DNA of 64,000 nucleotides from an uncultured Chloroflexia bacterium (GCA_963746845.1 CAVVCZ010000004.1:1248001-1312000), one strand, 5' to 3'; shown: positions 44,108-54,175, counted from the first letter of the stretch. Translations and numbers: made by a program. Notes: generated from the letters alone by a model not told the origin.

Positions 44108-44197
44108 AATAAAGGAAAGAACTCCAGGCTGCGCACCGTTCCGCGCGCCTGAAGTTCGACCGGCCGAAAGGGTACTGCGGGCGGTCCGGGGTGTCAA
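44108..44197 (-). promoter_or_regulatory. greA promoter and leader terminator hairpin
   Basis: TTGACA(44197-44192)-17 nt-TACCCT, then GAACTTCAGG...CCTGGAGTTC hairpin followed by TTTCCTTTATT. Confidence 0.7.
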
Positions 44198-44421
44198 AGC
44201 GCCGCGAGTGCGGCCGAGCCTCCCCAGCTGCCTGACCCGGCGGATATGCACCGGGGTGTTGTCTGCGGGGTCTGGAGGGGCAGAAGGGGCCTCCGATCCG
44301 CGAAGCTGCGCACGGCCGAGCGTCATCTGCCGCACCGATTGCGCCCGCGTCGCTGCCTGCGGCCGCCGATCCCGAAGATCCAGCACTGCGGTGCATGTCG
44401 ATCGCGGGAACGGTCGAGCGG

Positions 44422-45243
44422 CTACTCGAGGAAGTGGATGCTCGAGACGAGCCGATCCGTGACCGCCGCGATCCCGGACCGGTTGAAGATCCCGGTGACG
44501 GCGACGATCGTGTCCGCATCGCTCGGTATGACGTACAGGCGATGGATCGGCGCCTTGCTCCTCGGGTCGTCCTTCGCCCCGAACTCGGCGAACGGATCGC
44601 AGTCCCGGTTCCGCAGCGTCACGTCGAACACCCGGACGGCGCGCCCGTCGACGTGGAACGACGAGCGCCGCACGACGTGGAGACCCGGGAGGCTCGTGAT
44701 CCAGCCCACGACCGCGTCCGGCGTCAGGGGATAGATGAAGTGGCCGACGTCGGCGGTCTGGCAGGCATCGGTCGTCATCGCCACGCGGTCCAGAAGCGTC
44801 AGCCTGCCCGTGGCGGTCGATTGCCTCAGCGAGGGCCCGTAGCGCCCCCACTCGATCGTCATGTGGTTGTAGTCCCGGATCCGGGCCACGGCCGTCGCCC
44901 GCGTCTTCGGCTGCACGTAGGTAAATTGCATGCCGAAGCCCCTCGTCTGGTACGTGGACCCAGGGGAAACTGGACCGGAGGCGGTTTGGACGCGTGGTGT
45001 CGCCAACGGCGTCGCCATCGCCGACGCTGCCGGCGACGCATGCGGATCGGGACCGATCGAGGGCTCGAGCGACGTGCCGGGCCGCGACGGCGTGGGTTGT
45101 TCCGGAAGGATGGCGAGGGGCGACGTCCCGGAAGGGATCGGCGGCGGCGAAGTCGAGCCGAGGGTGGCGGCCGCCACGAGGGCAGTGGCAACCAGCGCGG
45201 AGCCGACCACGAGCCCGACGGACCGGGGAGAGACGTGTTCCAT
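44422..45243 (-). CDS. Hypothetical exported or membrane-anchored protein
   Basis: N-terminal hydrophobic segment, Pro/Ser/Thr linker, globular C-terminus. Confidence 0.65.
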   Translation of the reverse strand: MEHVSPRSVGLVVGSALVATALVAAATLGSTSPPPIPSGTSPLAILPEQPTPSRPGTSLEPSIGPDPHASPAASAMATPLATPRVQTASGPVSPGSTYQTRGFGMQFTYVQPKTRATAVARIRDYNHMTIEWGRYGPSLRQSTATGRLTLLDRVAMTTDACQTADVGHFIYPLTPDAVVGWITSLPGLHVVRRSSFHVDGRAVRVFDVTLRNRDCDPFAEFGAKDDPRSKAPIHRLYVIPSDADTIVAVTGIFNRSGIAAVTDRLVSSIHFLE

Positions 45244-45279
45244 GCCCTACAGATGCGCGAGCAGGGCCGTTTGATGCAA

Positions 45280-45744
45280 CTAGCCGGTGAGCTCCCGCAG
45301 GCGCGCCGCCGCACGCTTCAGGGCGGGCCTGTCCGGGCAGGCCACGAAGACCGTGTCGTCGCCGGCGATCGAGCCCGCGACCTCGGACCAGCGGGCACGA
45401 TCCAGGGCCGCCGCGATCGCGTGGGCCGATCCCGGCAGGGTCTTGACGACGAGGAGCAGGCCCGCCTCACGCACCTCGATCGGCAGCTGGCGGAGGAGCG
45501 CCCGGAGCCGGTCCTCGCCGGACGTCTCGGCCTCGACGAGGCGCGTCGGGAGGGCGTAGGCCTGGGTCCCGTTGCGGGGCGCCTTGACGAGCCCGAGCTC
45601 GGCGACGTCGCGCGACATCGTCGCCTGGGTGGTCTGGAAGCCGCGGTCGCGGAGGGCGGCGGCCAGCTCCTGCTGGGTCCGGATCGGGCGCGCCACGATG
45701 ACGTCGCGGATCGCGCGCTGGCGGAGCTGCTTCATGACCTCCAT
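45280..45744 (-). CDS. argR: Arginine repressor
   Basis: TQ.EL, TQAT.SRD..EL, KTLPGSA, G.IAGDDT. Confidence 0.95.
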   Translation of the reverse strand: MEVMKQLRQRAIRDVIVARPIRTQQELAAALRDRGFQTTQATMSRDVAELGLVKAPRNGTQAYALPTRLVEAETSGEDRLRALLRQLPIEVREAGLLLVVKTLPGSAHAIAAALDRARWSEVAGSIAGDDTVFVACPDRPALKRAAARLRELTG

Positions 45745-45799
45745 CGGGGCCGAGGGTAGCGCGCGCGACGGGGTTGCGGGGCGCCGGGCGCCGAACGGC

Positions 45800-46621
45800 T
45801 CAGCCGAGCCAGACCACGAGGACGATCGCGGCCAGCACGATCCGGTACGCGACGAAGATGTCGGTCGAGTGGGTCCGGAGGTAGCGCAGCAGGAACGAGA
45901 TCGCGAACACGCCGAACCCGAACGAGGCGATCAAACCAACGACGAGGGGAGCGATCTCGACCGGCGGCCCGGAGCCGCGCACGACCTGGAGCACCTCGTA
46001 CGCCGCCGCGGCCGCGGTGATCGGCGTCGCCATCAGGAAGCTGAAGCGAGCTGCCTCGTCGCGCTTCAGGCCGGCGAACAACCCGGCGGAGATCGAGATC
46101 CCCGATCGGCTGATGCCCGGGATCAGCGCGAGCGCCTGGGCCGCCCCGATCACGAACGAGGTCGGGACCGCCAGATCCGTGGCGGTCTTCGAGCGCGCCC
46201 CGCTCCGCTCGGCGACCCACAGGATCGCCGCGCCGACGACGAGCATCACCGCCACGAGCCCGACCTGCTCGCGGATGGCGTCCTCGAGATCGTGAAGCAG
46301 GAAGCCGGCGATGAGCGCCGGCACGGTCGCGACCGCGAGGAGGACGGCCAGCTTCCGGTCCGGATCACCCGCGAACGAGCGGTCGCGGAGCGTCGCGAAG
46401 AACGCCGGAACGATGCGCAGCCAGTCGGCCGAGAAGTAGAGGAGCAGGGCGAGCAGCGTTCCGATGTGGAGGATGACGCTGAACTCGAGCGAGGTGATGA
46501 ACGGATCGTCGATCCCGAGCAGGTACGGGACGATGATCAGGTGCCCGCTCGAGGACACCGGCAGGAACTCGGTGAGCCCCTGCACGGTGCCCATGATCAG
46601 GGCAGCGACGATCGGGTCCAT
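45800..46621 (-). CDS. uppP: Undecaprenyl-diphosphatase
   Basis: QGLTEFLPVSSSGH, PGISRSG, ARFSFL, YRI. Confidence 0.96.
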   Translation of the reverse strand: MDPIVAALIMGTVQGLTEFLPVSSSGHLIIVPYLLGIDDPFITSLEFSVILHIGTLLALLLYFSADWLRIVPAFFATLRDRSFAGDPDRKLAVLLAVATVPALIAGFLLHDLEDAIREQVGLVAVMLVVGAAILWVAERSGARSKTATDLAVPTSFVIGAAQALALIPGISRSGISISAGLFAGLKRDEAARFSFLMATPITAAAAAYEVLQVVRGSGPPVEIAPLVVGLIASFGFGVFAISFLLRYLRTHSTDIFVAYRIVLAAIVLVVWLG

Positions 46622-46655
46622 CAGATCGCCGACCCGGAGCTCGTTGCCGGGCCCC

Positions 46656-48887
46656 TTACCGGATGAACAGCGGGGCGAGGACGAGCGTGATCGTGGCCAG
46701 CAGCTTCACGAGGACGTGGAGCGACGGGCCGGCCGTGTCCTTGAACGGGTCGCCGACGGTGTCACCGACGACCGCGGCCGCGTGGGCATCGGAGCCCTTG
46801 CCAAGGACATTGCCCTGGTCGTCCTTCAGGTGGCCGGACTCGATGTACTTCTTCGCGTTGTCCCAGGCGCCGCCACCGTTGTTCAGCACGGTCGCAAGGA
46901 GGACGCCGGAGATCGTGCCGACCATCAGCATGCCCGCGACGGCCTCGAACCCGAGCACGATCCCGATCACGATCGGGGTGATGACCGCCACGAGGCCCGG
47001 GGCGACCATCTGGCGCAGCGCGGCACGGGTCGTGATGTCGACGACGCGGGCGTAGTCCGGACGCTGGGTGTAGTCCATGATCCCGGGCATCTCCCGGAAC
47101 TGGCGGCGGACCTCGACGATGATCGACTGGGCCGTCGTGCCGACCGCGCGAATCGCGAGCGAGCTGAAGAAGTACACGAGCATCGCCGCAAGGAGCGCGG
47201 CGATGAAGACGTTGACGTTGGCCAGGTTGACCGAGTTCAGGAGCTGGGCGCCGTCGACCCCGGCGGCGATCCGGCGGCCCTGGATCAGGTTGATCTTGTC
47301 GATGTAGGCGCTGAACAGCAGGAACGCCGCGAGCGATGCCGAGGCGATCGCGTAGCCCTTCGTGAGGGCCTTCGTCGTGTTGCCGACCGCATCGAGGCGG
47401 TCCGTGATCTCGCGTGCGCCGGCCTCGGCGCGGCTGAACTCGGCGATGCCACCGGCGTTGTCCGTGATCGGGCCGAACGTGTCCATCGCGAGGATGTAGG
47501 CCGTCGTCATGAGCATGCCCATCGTCGCCACCGCGGTCCCGAAGATGCCGCCGACGTTGACACCTTGCGGGTTGATCAGGTTGGCCTGCTCGCCGAGCCA
47601 GTGGCTGGCGAAGAGCGCGATGCTGATCGTGATCGCGGTCACCGCGGTCGTCTCGAAGCCGACGGCCGTGCCGCTGATGATGTTCGTCGCCGGGCCCGTC
47701 TTCGACGCCTCGGCGATCTCGCGGACCGGACGATACGAGCCGGCGGTGTAGAACTGGGTGATGTAGACGAAGGCGACGCTCGTGGCGAGGCCGACGATCC
47801 CGGCGGCGAAGAAATAGACCCACGTCGGGAGGCCGCCGACGCCGGTGCCGCCGTTGGTGTTCATCATCACGGAGGTGACGATGCCCAGGCCGACCACGGA
47901 CAGGAGGGTCGTGACCCAGTAGCCGCGGTTGAGCATGTTCATCGGGTCCTCGTCCTCGCGGCCGCGGACGAAGAAGATCGCCACGATGGTCGCGAGCAGG
48001 CCGAACGCGCGGACGACGAGGGGGAAGAAGATCCAGGCCTCGGGGTCCGGCCAGCCGCCGGCGACCGCGATCCCGTAGACCGCAACGCCCAGGATCATCG
48101 CGCCGATGTTCTCGGCAGCGGTCGACTCGAACAGGTCGGCACCACGGCCGGCGCAGTCGCCGACGTTGTCGCCGACCAGGTCGGCCACGACGCCCGCGTT
48201 CCGCGGGTCGTCCTCGGGGATGCCCTTCTCGACCTTCCCGACGAGGTCGGACCCGACGTCGGCGGCCTTCGTGTAGATCCCGCCGCCGAGCTGGGCGAAC
48301 AGCGCCACGAACGACGCCCCGAAGCCGAACCCGACGATGAGGAACGGCGCCTGGGCGGGCGTGACGTCGCCGACGAAGGTGTCGTAGGCGGTGAAGATGC
48401 CCCAGACGCCGAGCAACGACAGGGAGACGACGAGGAAGCCGGAGACGGCCCCGCCGCGCATCGCGACCTGGACGGCCTCGACGAGGGAGCGCCGGGCGGC
48501 GGATGCCGTCCGGACGTTCGAGCGAACAGCCACGAACATGCCGATGATCCCGGACGCCATCGAGCACAGGGCCCCGACGAAGAAGGCGACGCCGGTCATG
48601 ATCCCGATCGGCAATCCGGCCAGCTGCGGGACGTCGGCGACCTCCGGTGTCTCGACGAGGGTGATGACGGCGCCGATGACGAACACCCCGACGATCGCCA
48701 GGATGAAGATCGTCGTGTACTGGCGACGGATGAAGGCGACCGCGCCTTCGTAGATCGTCCCGGCGACGTCCTGCATCTCCTTCGTGCCCGTGTCTCGGCT
48801 CAGGACGTCGCGGGCCAGGTAGACCGCGAAGAGGATCGCGATCACGCCCGCCGGCAGGATGATCAGCTGGAGGGTTGCAGCGGTCAT
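46656..48887 (-). CDS. hppA: Membrane-bound proton-translocating pyrophosphatase, K+-independent type
   Basis: GGGIYTKAADVG.DLVGK.E..IPEDDPRN, D.VGDNVGD, GNTTKA (Lys signature), GGAWDNAKK, GDTVGDPFKDT. Confidence 0.95.
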   Translation of the reverse strand: MTAATLQLIILPAGVIAILFAVYLARDVLSRDTGTKEMQDVAGTIYEGAVAFIRRQYTTIFILAIVGVFVIGAVITLVETPEVADVPQLAGLPIGIMTGVAFFVGALCSMASGIIGMFVAVRSNVRTASAARRSLVEAVQVAMRGGAVSGFLVVSLSLLGVWGIFTAYDTFVGDVTPAQAPFLIVGFGFGASFVALFAQLGGGIYTKAADVGSDLVGKVEKGIPEDDPRNAGVVADLVGDNVGDCAGRGADLFESTAAENIGAMILGVAVYGIAVAGGWPDPEAWIFFPLVVRAFGLLATIVAIFFVRGREDEDPMNMLNRGYWVTTLLSVVGLGIVTSVMMNTNGGTGVGGLPTWVYFFAAGIVGLATSVAFVYITQFYTAGSYRPVREIAEASKTGPATNIISGTAVGFETTAVTAITISIALFASHWLGEQANLINPQGVNVGGIFGTAVATMGMLMTTAYILAMDTFGPITDNAGGIAEFSRAEAGAREITDRLDAVGNTTKALTKGYAIASASLAAFLLFSAYIDKINLIQGRRIAAGVDGAQLLNSVNLANVNVFIAALLAAMLVYFFSSLAIRAVGTTAQSIIVEVRRQFREMPGIMDYTQRPDYARVVDITTRAALRQMVAPGLVAVITPIVIGIVLGFEAVAGMLMVGTISGVLLATVLNNGGGAWDNAKKYIESGHLKDDQGNVLGKGSDAHAAAVVGDTVGDPFKDTAGPSLHVLVKLLATITLVLAPLFIR

Positions 48888-49152
48888 CAGGGTCTCGAGT
48901 TCCTCCACTCTGGCTGGTTCCCGGACCGCGGACCGCGCAGCGGATCCAGCACATTGCTCCGGGGATCAGGGGCACAGGGGCTTCACACGCGGGTTCGGCG
49001 AGCGGGCCGCCGGGAGTGTAGCAAACACCGCGGTCACGCCACGCCGGGCGGCGCGTGGCGATGGCCGCCCGATCCTCCCGACCGGCCCGCGGGCCGTCGC
49101 CGCGTCGCACCGTATACACTCCCGGACTTGTGACCAGCACCTCCCCCGTCTC

Positions 49153-49749
49153 GTGACCCGACGGCCTGCCCTCGGCTGTCTTCTGGAGATCGTCGAGACC
49201 CTCGTCCTGACCCTGATCATCTTCTGGGTCATCCAGTCCTTCATCGCCCAGCCGTACCGCGTCCAGCAGCAGTCGATGGAGCACACGCTCGAGCCGGACC
49301 AGTACGTCCTCGTCGACAAGCTCACCCCGCACTTCGATCCGTACAAGCGGGGCGATATCGTGGTGTTCAACCCGCCCCAGAACTGGGTCCAGCAGGGGGG
49401 CCAGCCGTACATCAAGCGGGTGATCGGTCTCGGCGGCGACACGATCGAGCTGAAGGGCGGCGACGTCTACGTGAACAGCACGAAGATCAACGAGCCGTAC
49501 ATCTATCACGGCGAGGACGGCAAGGCCCAGCCCACCGACGACCTGATCGGCGTGAGCAAGTGGGTGATCCCCCAGGGCCAGCTGTTCCTGATGGGCGATC
49601 ACCGGGCGAACTCGGCCGACTCGCGCGAGTTCGGTCCGGTCGACGTCGGCGCGGTGATCGGACGGGCCTGGCTCCGGTACTGGCCGATCGATACGCTCCA
49701 GATCCTCCATACGCCCACCTACCCGGAGCTCACGACCTCGGCCCCATGA
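49153..49749 (+). CDS. lepB: Signal peptidase I
   Basis: SME.TL, RGDIVVF, YIKRVIG, MGD.R.NS.DSR.FG. Confidence 0.95.
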   Translation: MTRRPALGCLLEIVETLVLTLIIFWVIQSFIAQPYRVQQQSMEHTLEPDQYVLVDKLTPHFDPYKRGDIVVFNPPQNWVQQGGQPYIKRVIGLGGDTIELKGGDVYVNSTKINEPYIYHGEDGKAQPTDDLIGVSKWVIPQGQLFLMGDHRANSADSREFGPVDVGAVIGRAWLRYWPIDTLQILHTPTYPELTTSAP

Positions 49750-49774
49750 ACGCGCGGCCGAGCCGGCGCGCGTC

Positions 49775-50509
49775 GTGAACCTCGCCCTGGCGGGGATCGC
49801 CGCCGTCGCCGTCGCGGGTGCCGTCCTCGCGGTCTCCGCGCGCGATCCGCGCGGCACGGTCCTCGGGCTCCTCATCGTCCTCCTCGCTTCCCCGCTGATC
49901 GCGGACCCGTGGCCGGGACCGCTGCCGATCCTCGCCCGGACCGCGGCCGCCCTGCTCGCCGCACGCCTCCTGACCGTCGGGCTGCGTGGCGAGGCCGGCG
50001 AGGCCGGCGGCTCGCGGATCGGCTGGCCGGCCGAGGCGCTTGTCGCGGCCGCGGCGGCCGTCGCGGGGTTCGGCAGCCACGGGCTGGGCGCCCCCGGTCT
50101 CGGCCCGGCCGAAGCCCAGGCGGCGGGGTTCGCCCTCGGCGCGCTGGCGGCCGCGCCGCTCCTCGTCGGTCGCGATGCGCTCCGGCTCGGCGTTGGGGCG
50201 GTGCTCCTCCTCCAGGCTGCGATCCTCGTCCGCCAGGCGCTCGACGGACCCGCGACGGATGCAGAGCAGCTCGTCCTGGCCCTGCTGACGATCGCCCTCG
50301 GCGGGGCGGTGGCGGTCATCACCGCGGCGGCGCGGGCGGCCGGCGGCCTCTCGGTCGTCGACGAGACGGGGCCCGACGGCTCGCGGCGCGTCCGTCGACC
50401 GGACGCCCATCGACGGACGGAGCGCGAGCTGGAGCAGGAGCGAGAACGCGAGCGGGCGCGTGACCGGGACCGTGGCCGCAACCACGACGACGCGGAGGCC
50501 TCGTCGTGA
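49775..50509 (+). CDS. Multi-pass membrane protein of unknown function
   Basis: About six hydrophobic segments and a charged C-tail; overlaps the next gene (GTGA). Confidence 0.7.
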   Translation: MNLALAGIAAVAVAGAVLAVSARDPRGTVLGLLIVLLASPLIADPWPGPLPILARTAAALLAARLLTVGLRGEAGEAGGSRIGWPAEALVAAAAAVAGFGSHGLGAPGLGPAEAQAAGFALGALAAAPLLVGRDALRLGVGAVLLLQAAILVRQALDGPATDAEQLVLALLTIALGGAVAVITAAARAAGGLSVVDETGPDGSRRVRRPDAHRRTERELEQERERERARDRDRGRNHDDAEASS

Positions 50510-52245
50510 CCGTCATCCCGTTCCTCGTCGTGGCCGCGGCGGCGGGGACCGCGTCGCTCCTGGCCCGTCACCTCCGTGGCTGGTCGACCGCGATCGCGGT
50601 CTTCGGGCTGCTCGTGATGATCGGCACGTCCACGGCCATGGGCTCGAACGCGTCGATCGAGATCGGCGGGTCGCGGCTGGCGTCGTCGGACTGGCTTCGG
50701 CTCTATGCGATCCTCGGCTCCATCGTCGGGCTGCTCCTCGTGCTGGTCGACGTCACCGCGGTCCACGAGCCGGATGCGCCGGGGGTGATCGTCCTCGGGC
50801 TGGGAGCGGCCGTCCTGGCCCTCGCGTTGACCGATCCCGGGATCGCCGTGCTCGCGGCCACGACCGGTGGGCTGGCCGGCGTGCTGGTCGCGGCCCCCGT
50901 CGGCGCGGCGGCTCGTGCGGCCTTCGTCGGGACCCGGGAGCTCCGGGCGCTGGCGGTCGCCGGAACCCTCGCGATCCTCGCGACCGCGTGGCTCGCACGG
51001 CCGCTCGGCGACCTCGTCTCGGTCCCGGCGGTGTTCGGCGCCGCGTACCTCGCCTTCGCGACGGCCGTCGCCATCCGCTTCGGCGCGATCCCGTTCCATC
51101 TGTGGGCAGCCCGCGTCGCCGACGCCGCGCCGGGGGTCGCCCTGCCGCTCCTCATGGCCTGGGGGCCGGCCGCCTTCGCCGCGGTTGCGCTCGTCTGGAT
51201 CGACCAGTCGGTCGCACCGCTCGTCCTGCCGTTCGGCACCGAGCGGACGCTGATCGCCGCCGTCGGCGCCGCGAGCGTCGTGCTCGGACTCGTGGCCGCG
51301 CTGGTCCAGGACGACCTCGAGCACATCGTCGGCTACACGATCGTCGCCGACGCGGGCTACATCGTCCTCGGCCTCGCCGTCCTCGACCCCGCGATCTGGG
51401 AGCCCGTCCGGACCTGGATCCTGATCTTCGTCGTCGCCCGGAGCGCCCTCGCCGCGTGGGTCGTCGCGCTGCAGGGCGGGTTCGCGTCCCGCCGGCTGCC
51501 CGAGCTCGCCGGCTGGGCCCGGCGGACCCCGCTCCTCGTCGTCGGCCTGGTGGGGATCGCGGTCGCGACGATCGGCTGGCCGGGGCTGTCCGCCTGGGAA
51601 GCGCGGGCCGCGATCGCCGACCTGTCACTGCCGAATGTCCTCGCGGTCATCGTGACGATCGCCCCGGTCGCCGGTCTCGCGGTCTACGGACGGATCCTCG
51701 CCGTCGGGCTCCAGCCGGCAGGGACCACGGTCCGGACCGGCCGCGGCGAGCGCCCGTCATGGCCGGCGCCCTGGCCGCATCGACCGATGGTCGGGCAGAG
51801 CACGCTCGAGCGGGCGTTCGAGAAGACCGGCCACGCGCTGAGCGGCGCGCTGGACGTGCTGTGGACTCTGCCCGCGGCGGCTCGCCGCAACCGGATGGGT
51901 CTGGCGTCGGTCGCCGTGTTCGTCCTGGCGGTGCTCTCGCTATCGGTGTCGGGTGGCGGGCTGGGGGTGCCGGCCGCCGCGGCCGCGGTGCCGGTGATCG
52001 TCGAACCCGGCCCGGGTCAGCCAACCGAGCCGCAGCCGTCGCTCGGGACCGAGCCGAGCGCATCCGGGGACACCGGGCCCGGAGCGTCGGACGCCGTCAG
52101 CTTCGAGCCGGTCGGGTCCGAGCCCGCGGAGTCGGCGCCGGTCGCATCCCCGCCGACCGCGTCCGCGCCGGCAGCGTCCGCACCGACGGCATCGGCGCCG
52201 GCCGCCGGGGAGCCCGGCGGGCCGTCGGGTTCCGTCGCGCCCTGA
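50506..52245 (+). CDS. Proton-conducting antiporter-like membrane subunit (NuoL/M/N-MrpD-HyfB superfamily), divergent
   Basis: Many TM helices, R.GAIPFHLW (normally K.G..P.H.W), AL.Q.D....GY, L.G..RR.P, G.P. Confidence 0.75.
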   Translation: MTVIPFLVVAAAAGTASLLARHLRGWSTAIAVFGLLVMIGTSTAMGSNASIEIGGSRLASSDWLRLYAILGSIVGLLLVLVDVTAVHEPDAPGVIVLGLGAAVLALALTDPGIAVLAATTGGLAGVLVAAPVGAAARAAFVGTRELRALAVAGTLAILATAWLARPLGDLVSVPAVFGAAYLAFATAVAIRFGAIPFHLWAARVADAAPGVALPLLMAWGPAAFAAVALVWIDQSVAPLVLPFGTERTLIAAVGAASVVLGLVAALVQDDLEHIVGYTIVADAGYIVLGLAVLDPAIWEPVRTWILIFVVARSALAAWVVALQGGFASRRLPELAGWARRTPLLVVGLVGIAVATIGWPGLSAWEARAAIADLSLPNVLAVIVTIAPVAGLAVYGRILAVGLQPAGTTVRTGRGERPSWPAPWPHRPMVGQSTLERAFEKTGHALSGALDVLWTLPAAARRNRMGLASVAVFVLAVLSLSVSGGGLGVPAAAAAVPVIVEPGPGQPTEPQPSLGTEPSASGDTGPGASDAVSFEPVGSEPAESAPVASPPTASAPAASAPTASAPAAGEPGGPSGSVAP

Positions 52246-52269
52246 TCGGGCGGGCAGGCGCGGCGCCCG

Positions 52270-52731
52270 TCAATCCTCCGGCGCGAGCACCCAGCGATCC
52301 ACGTCGCGGGCGTAGTCGAGCAGCTCGTCCGGCCGGAACCACAGCGCGATCTCGGCAGTCGCGGTCGCGGCGCCGTCCGACGCGTGGACGAGGTTCTGCG
52401 CGGTCTCGAGCGCGAAGTCGCCGCGGATCGAGCCGGGCGCCGCCTCGTGCGGGCGGGTCGCCCCGTTCATCGCCCGGACGCTTGCGATCGCGTCCGGACC
52501 CTCGAGGACGGCCGCGACGAGCGGCGCGCTCGTGATGAAGTCGACGAGCCCGCGGAAGAACGGCTTCTCGCGGTGGACCGCGTAGTGCCGCTCGGCCAGG
52601 TCGCGCGACACCTGGATCAGCTTCAGACCGACGAGCTTCAGCCCGCGATCCTCGTAGCGGGCCAGGATGCGGCCGGCGAGCAGGCGCTGGACCCCGTCGG
52701 GCTTGATCAGGACGAGTGTGCGTTCGTTCAC
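52270..52731 (-). CDS. ndk: Nucleoside diphosphate kinase
   Basis: ERT...IKPDGVQR, PGSIRGDF, NLVHASD. Confidence 0.97.
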   Translation of the reverse strand: MNERTLVLIKPDGVQRLLAGRILARYEDRGLKLVGLKLIQVSRDLAERHYAVHREKPFFRGLVDFITSAPLVAAVLEGPDAIASVRAMNGATRPHEAAPGSIRGDFALETAQNLVHASDGAATATAEIALWFRPDELLDYARDVDRWVLAPED

Positions 52732-52841
52732 GGGCAGGACTACCTGTGTGCGGTGAGGATTGACGCGTGAACGGTAGCAGCGGATCGGCCGGCGCACGGA
52801 GCCCGGCCCGGGCTCCGAATCGACGAAGGTGGGCGCTCCGG

Positions 52842-53756
52842 TCAGGCCGAGCGGCGGGCGCTCCGATTCCCGAGGGCCAGCACGCCGCCGAGGAGGACCC
52901 AGCCGAGGCCGTTGAGGAAGACGCCGGTCAGGGCGATCGTCGACCAGACCTCGCCGTATGGCTCGGAGTCGACCAGCCCGAGGCGGTCGTCGCCGGTCCA
53001 GGCGACGCTCGACCCGAGCAGGGCGATCGCACCCAGTCGCGTCGCGACGCCCCGCCAGCGGGGCATCCCCTGCCACGCCGCGCCGATCCTCAACATCGCC
53101 GCGCCGTACACGGCGGCCGAGAGCCAGAGCGCGCCATTCGACCAGAAGTTGATGGCCCCGAACGTCCCCGAGAACGGACTCTCGACCCACAGCGCGAGCA
53201 CGAGGCAGGTGACGTATGCCACCGCGCTGAACACCACGGCTCCGGTCGTCACGAGCGCGAGCGACCGCGCGACACGCGCCTGCCGGCCGTGAAACGCGAT
53301 CGCGACAGCCGCGCCGCCGAGGGCGAACGTGATCAGCCGGATCATGTTCGCGGCCTGCGTCTCGAACGGGTTGAACGAGAGGAACGCCCAGAGCAGGAGG
53401 ATCCCACCGGCCAGGCCGGCCAGGCCGAGGAGTCGCATCGTCCGTGTCGGCTCGAACGTCGCCAGGGATTGGGCCACGGTTCCGTCCTCGCTGAGGTGCT
53501 CGCCGAGCGCGTTGGTCGCCAGATCGAGCACGGTCCGGATCCAGAGGACGGTGATCCCGGGCGTCCCGTTGGCCACCCGCGCATCGCGCAGCTGGTCGCC
53601 GAACAGGACGGTCATCTCGTCCGCGTAGCGCGCCCGGAACTGGCGGGGATAGGCACGGAGCAGGCCGGCGAAGACGCGCTCGCTCCGCCCGGCGCGGGCC
53701 TCGGGGGCGCGGCCGCCATCGGCTTCGATGTGCCCGGGAGCACGCGCGACGCCCAC
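52842..53756 (-). CDS. PadR-associated integral membrane protein
   Basis: N-terminal LLRAYP..FR.RY..EM motif, typical of genes downstream of padR; six TM segments; start uncertain. Confidence 0.75.
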   Translation of the reverse strand: MGVARAPGHIEADGGRAPEARAGRSERVFAGLLRAYPRQFRARYADEMTVLFGDQLRDARVANGTPGITVLWIRTVLDLATNALGEHLSEDGTVAQSLATFEPTRTMRLLGLAGLAGGILLLWAFLSFNPFETQAANMIRLITFALGGAAVAIAFHGRQARVARSLALVTTGAVVFSAVAYVTCLVLALWVESPFSGTFGAINFWSNGALWLSAAVYGAAMLRIGAAWQGMPRWRGVATRLGAIALLGSSVAWTGDDRLGLVDSEPYGEVWSTIALTGVFLNGLGWVLLGGVLALGNRSARRSA

Positions 53757-53758
53757 GG

Positions 53759-54145
53759 TCAGGCCGTCGCCGGTCGAGTGAGCGAATGGAACCGGTCGGG
53801 GTCCAGCGCCCATCCGCGAGTCGACGAGACCAGTGCATCGAGTCGGCGGACCTCGGCCGCCGCGACCGTTCGTCCCAGGGCGGTGAGCCGGTAGTAGCGC
53901 CGACGCTGGTCGTCGAGATCGGGGTCGGGACGCTCGTCGCTCTCCTCGATCAGGCCGTCCGCGTGCAGGCGCTTGATCGTCGTGTAGATCGCGCCCGGCC
54001 CGAGCTTCACGGCGCCGCCGGTGATCCGCCGGACCTCGTGCATGATCGCGTAGCCGTGGCGCTCCTCGGGCCCGATGGCCAGCAGGACGTACACGGCAAC
54101 ACGCGAGAGGGGTGGGGTCGACGGCTGCTGGCGGGTTGTGGTCAC
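53759..54145 (-). CDS. PadR family transcriptional regulator
   Basis: HGYAI, G.IY..I.RL...GLI, RRRYY.LT..G. Confidence 0.92.
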   Translation of the reverse strand: MTTTRQQPSTPPLSRVAVYVLLAIGPEERHGYAIMHEVRRITGGAVKLGPGAIYTTIKRLHADGLIEESDERPDPDLDDQRRRYYRLTALGRTVAAAEVRRLDALVSSTRGWALDPDRFHSLTRPATA

Positions 54146-54175
54146 GGCCCGACTATATCTATTTCAGATGCATTG

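Noticed and set aside
46762-51324. 1520-aa minus-strand ORF
   Set aside because: Off-frame or antisense shadow of hppA, lepB and the membrane genes
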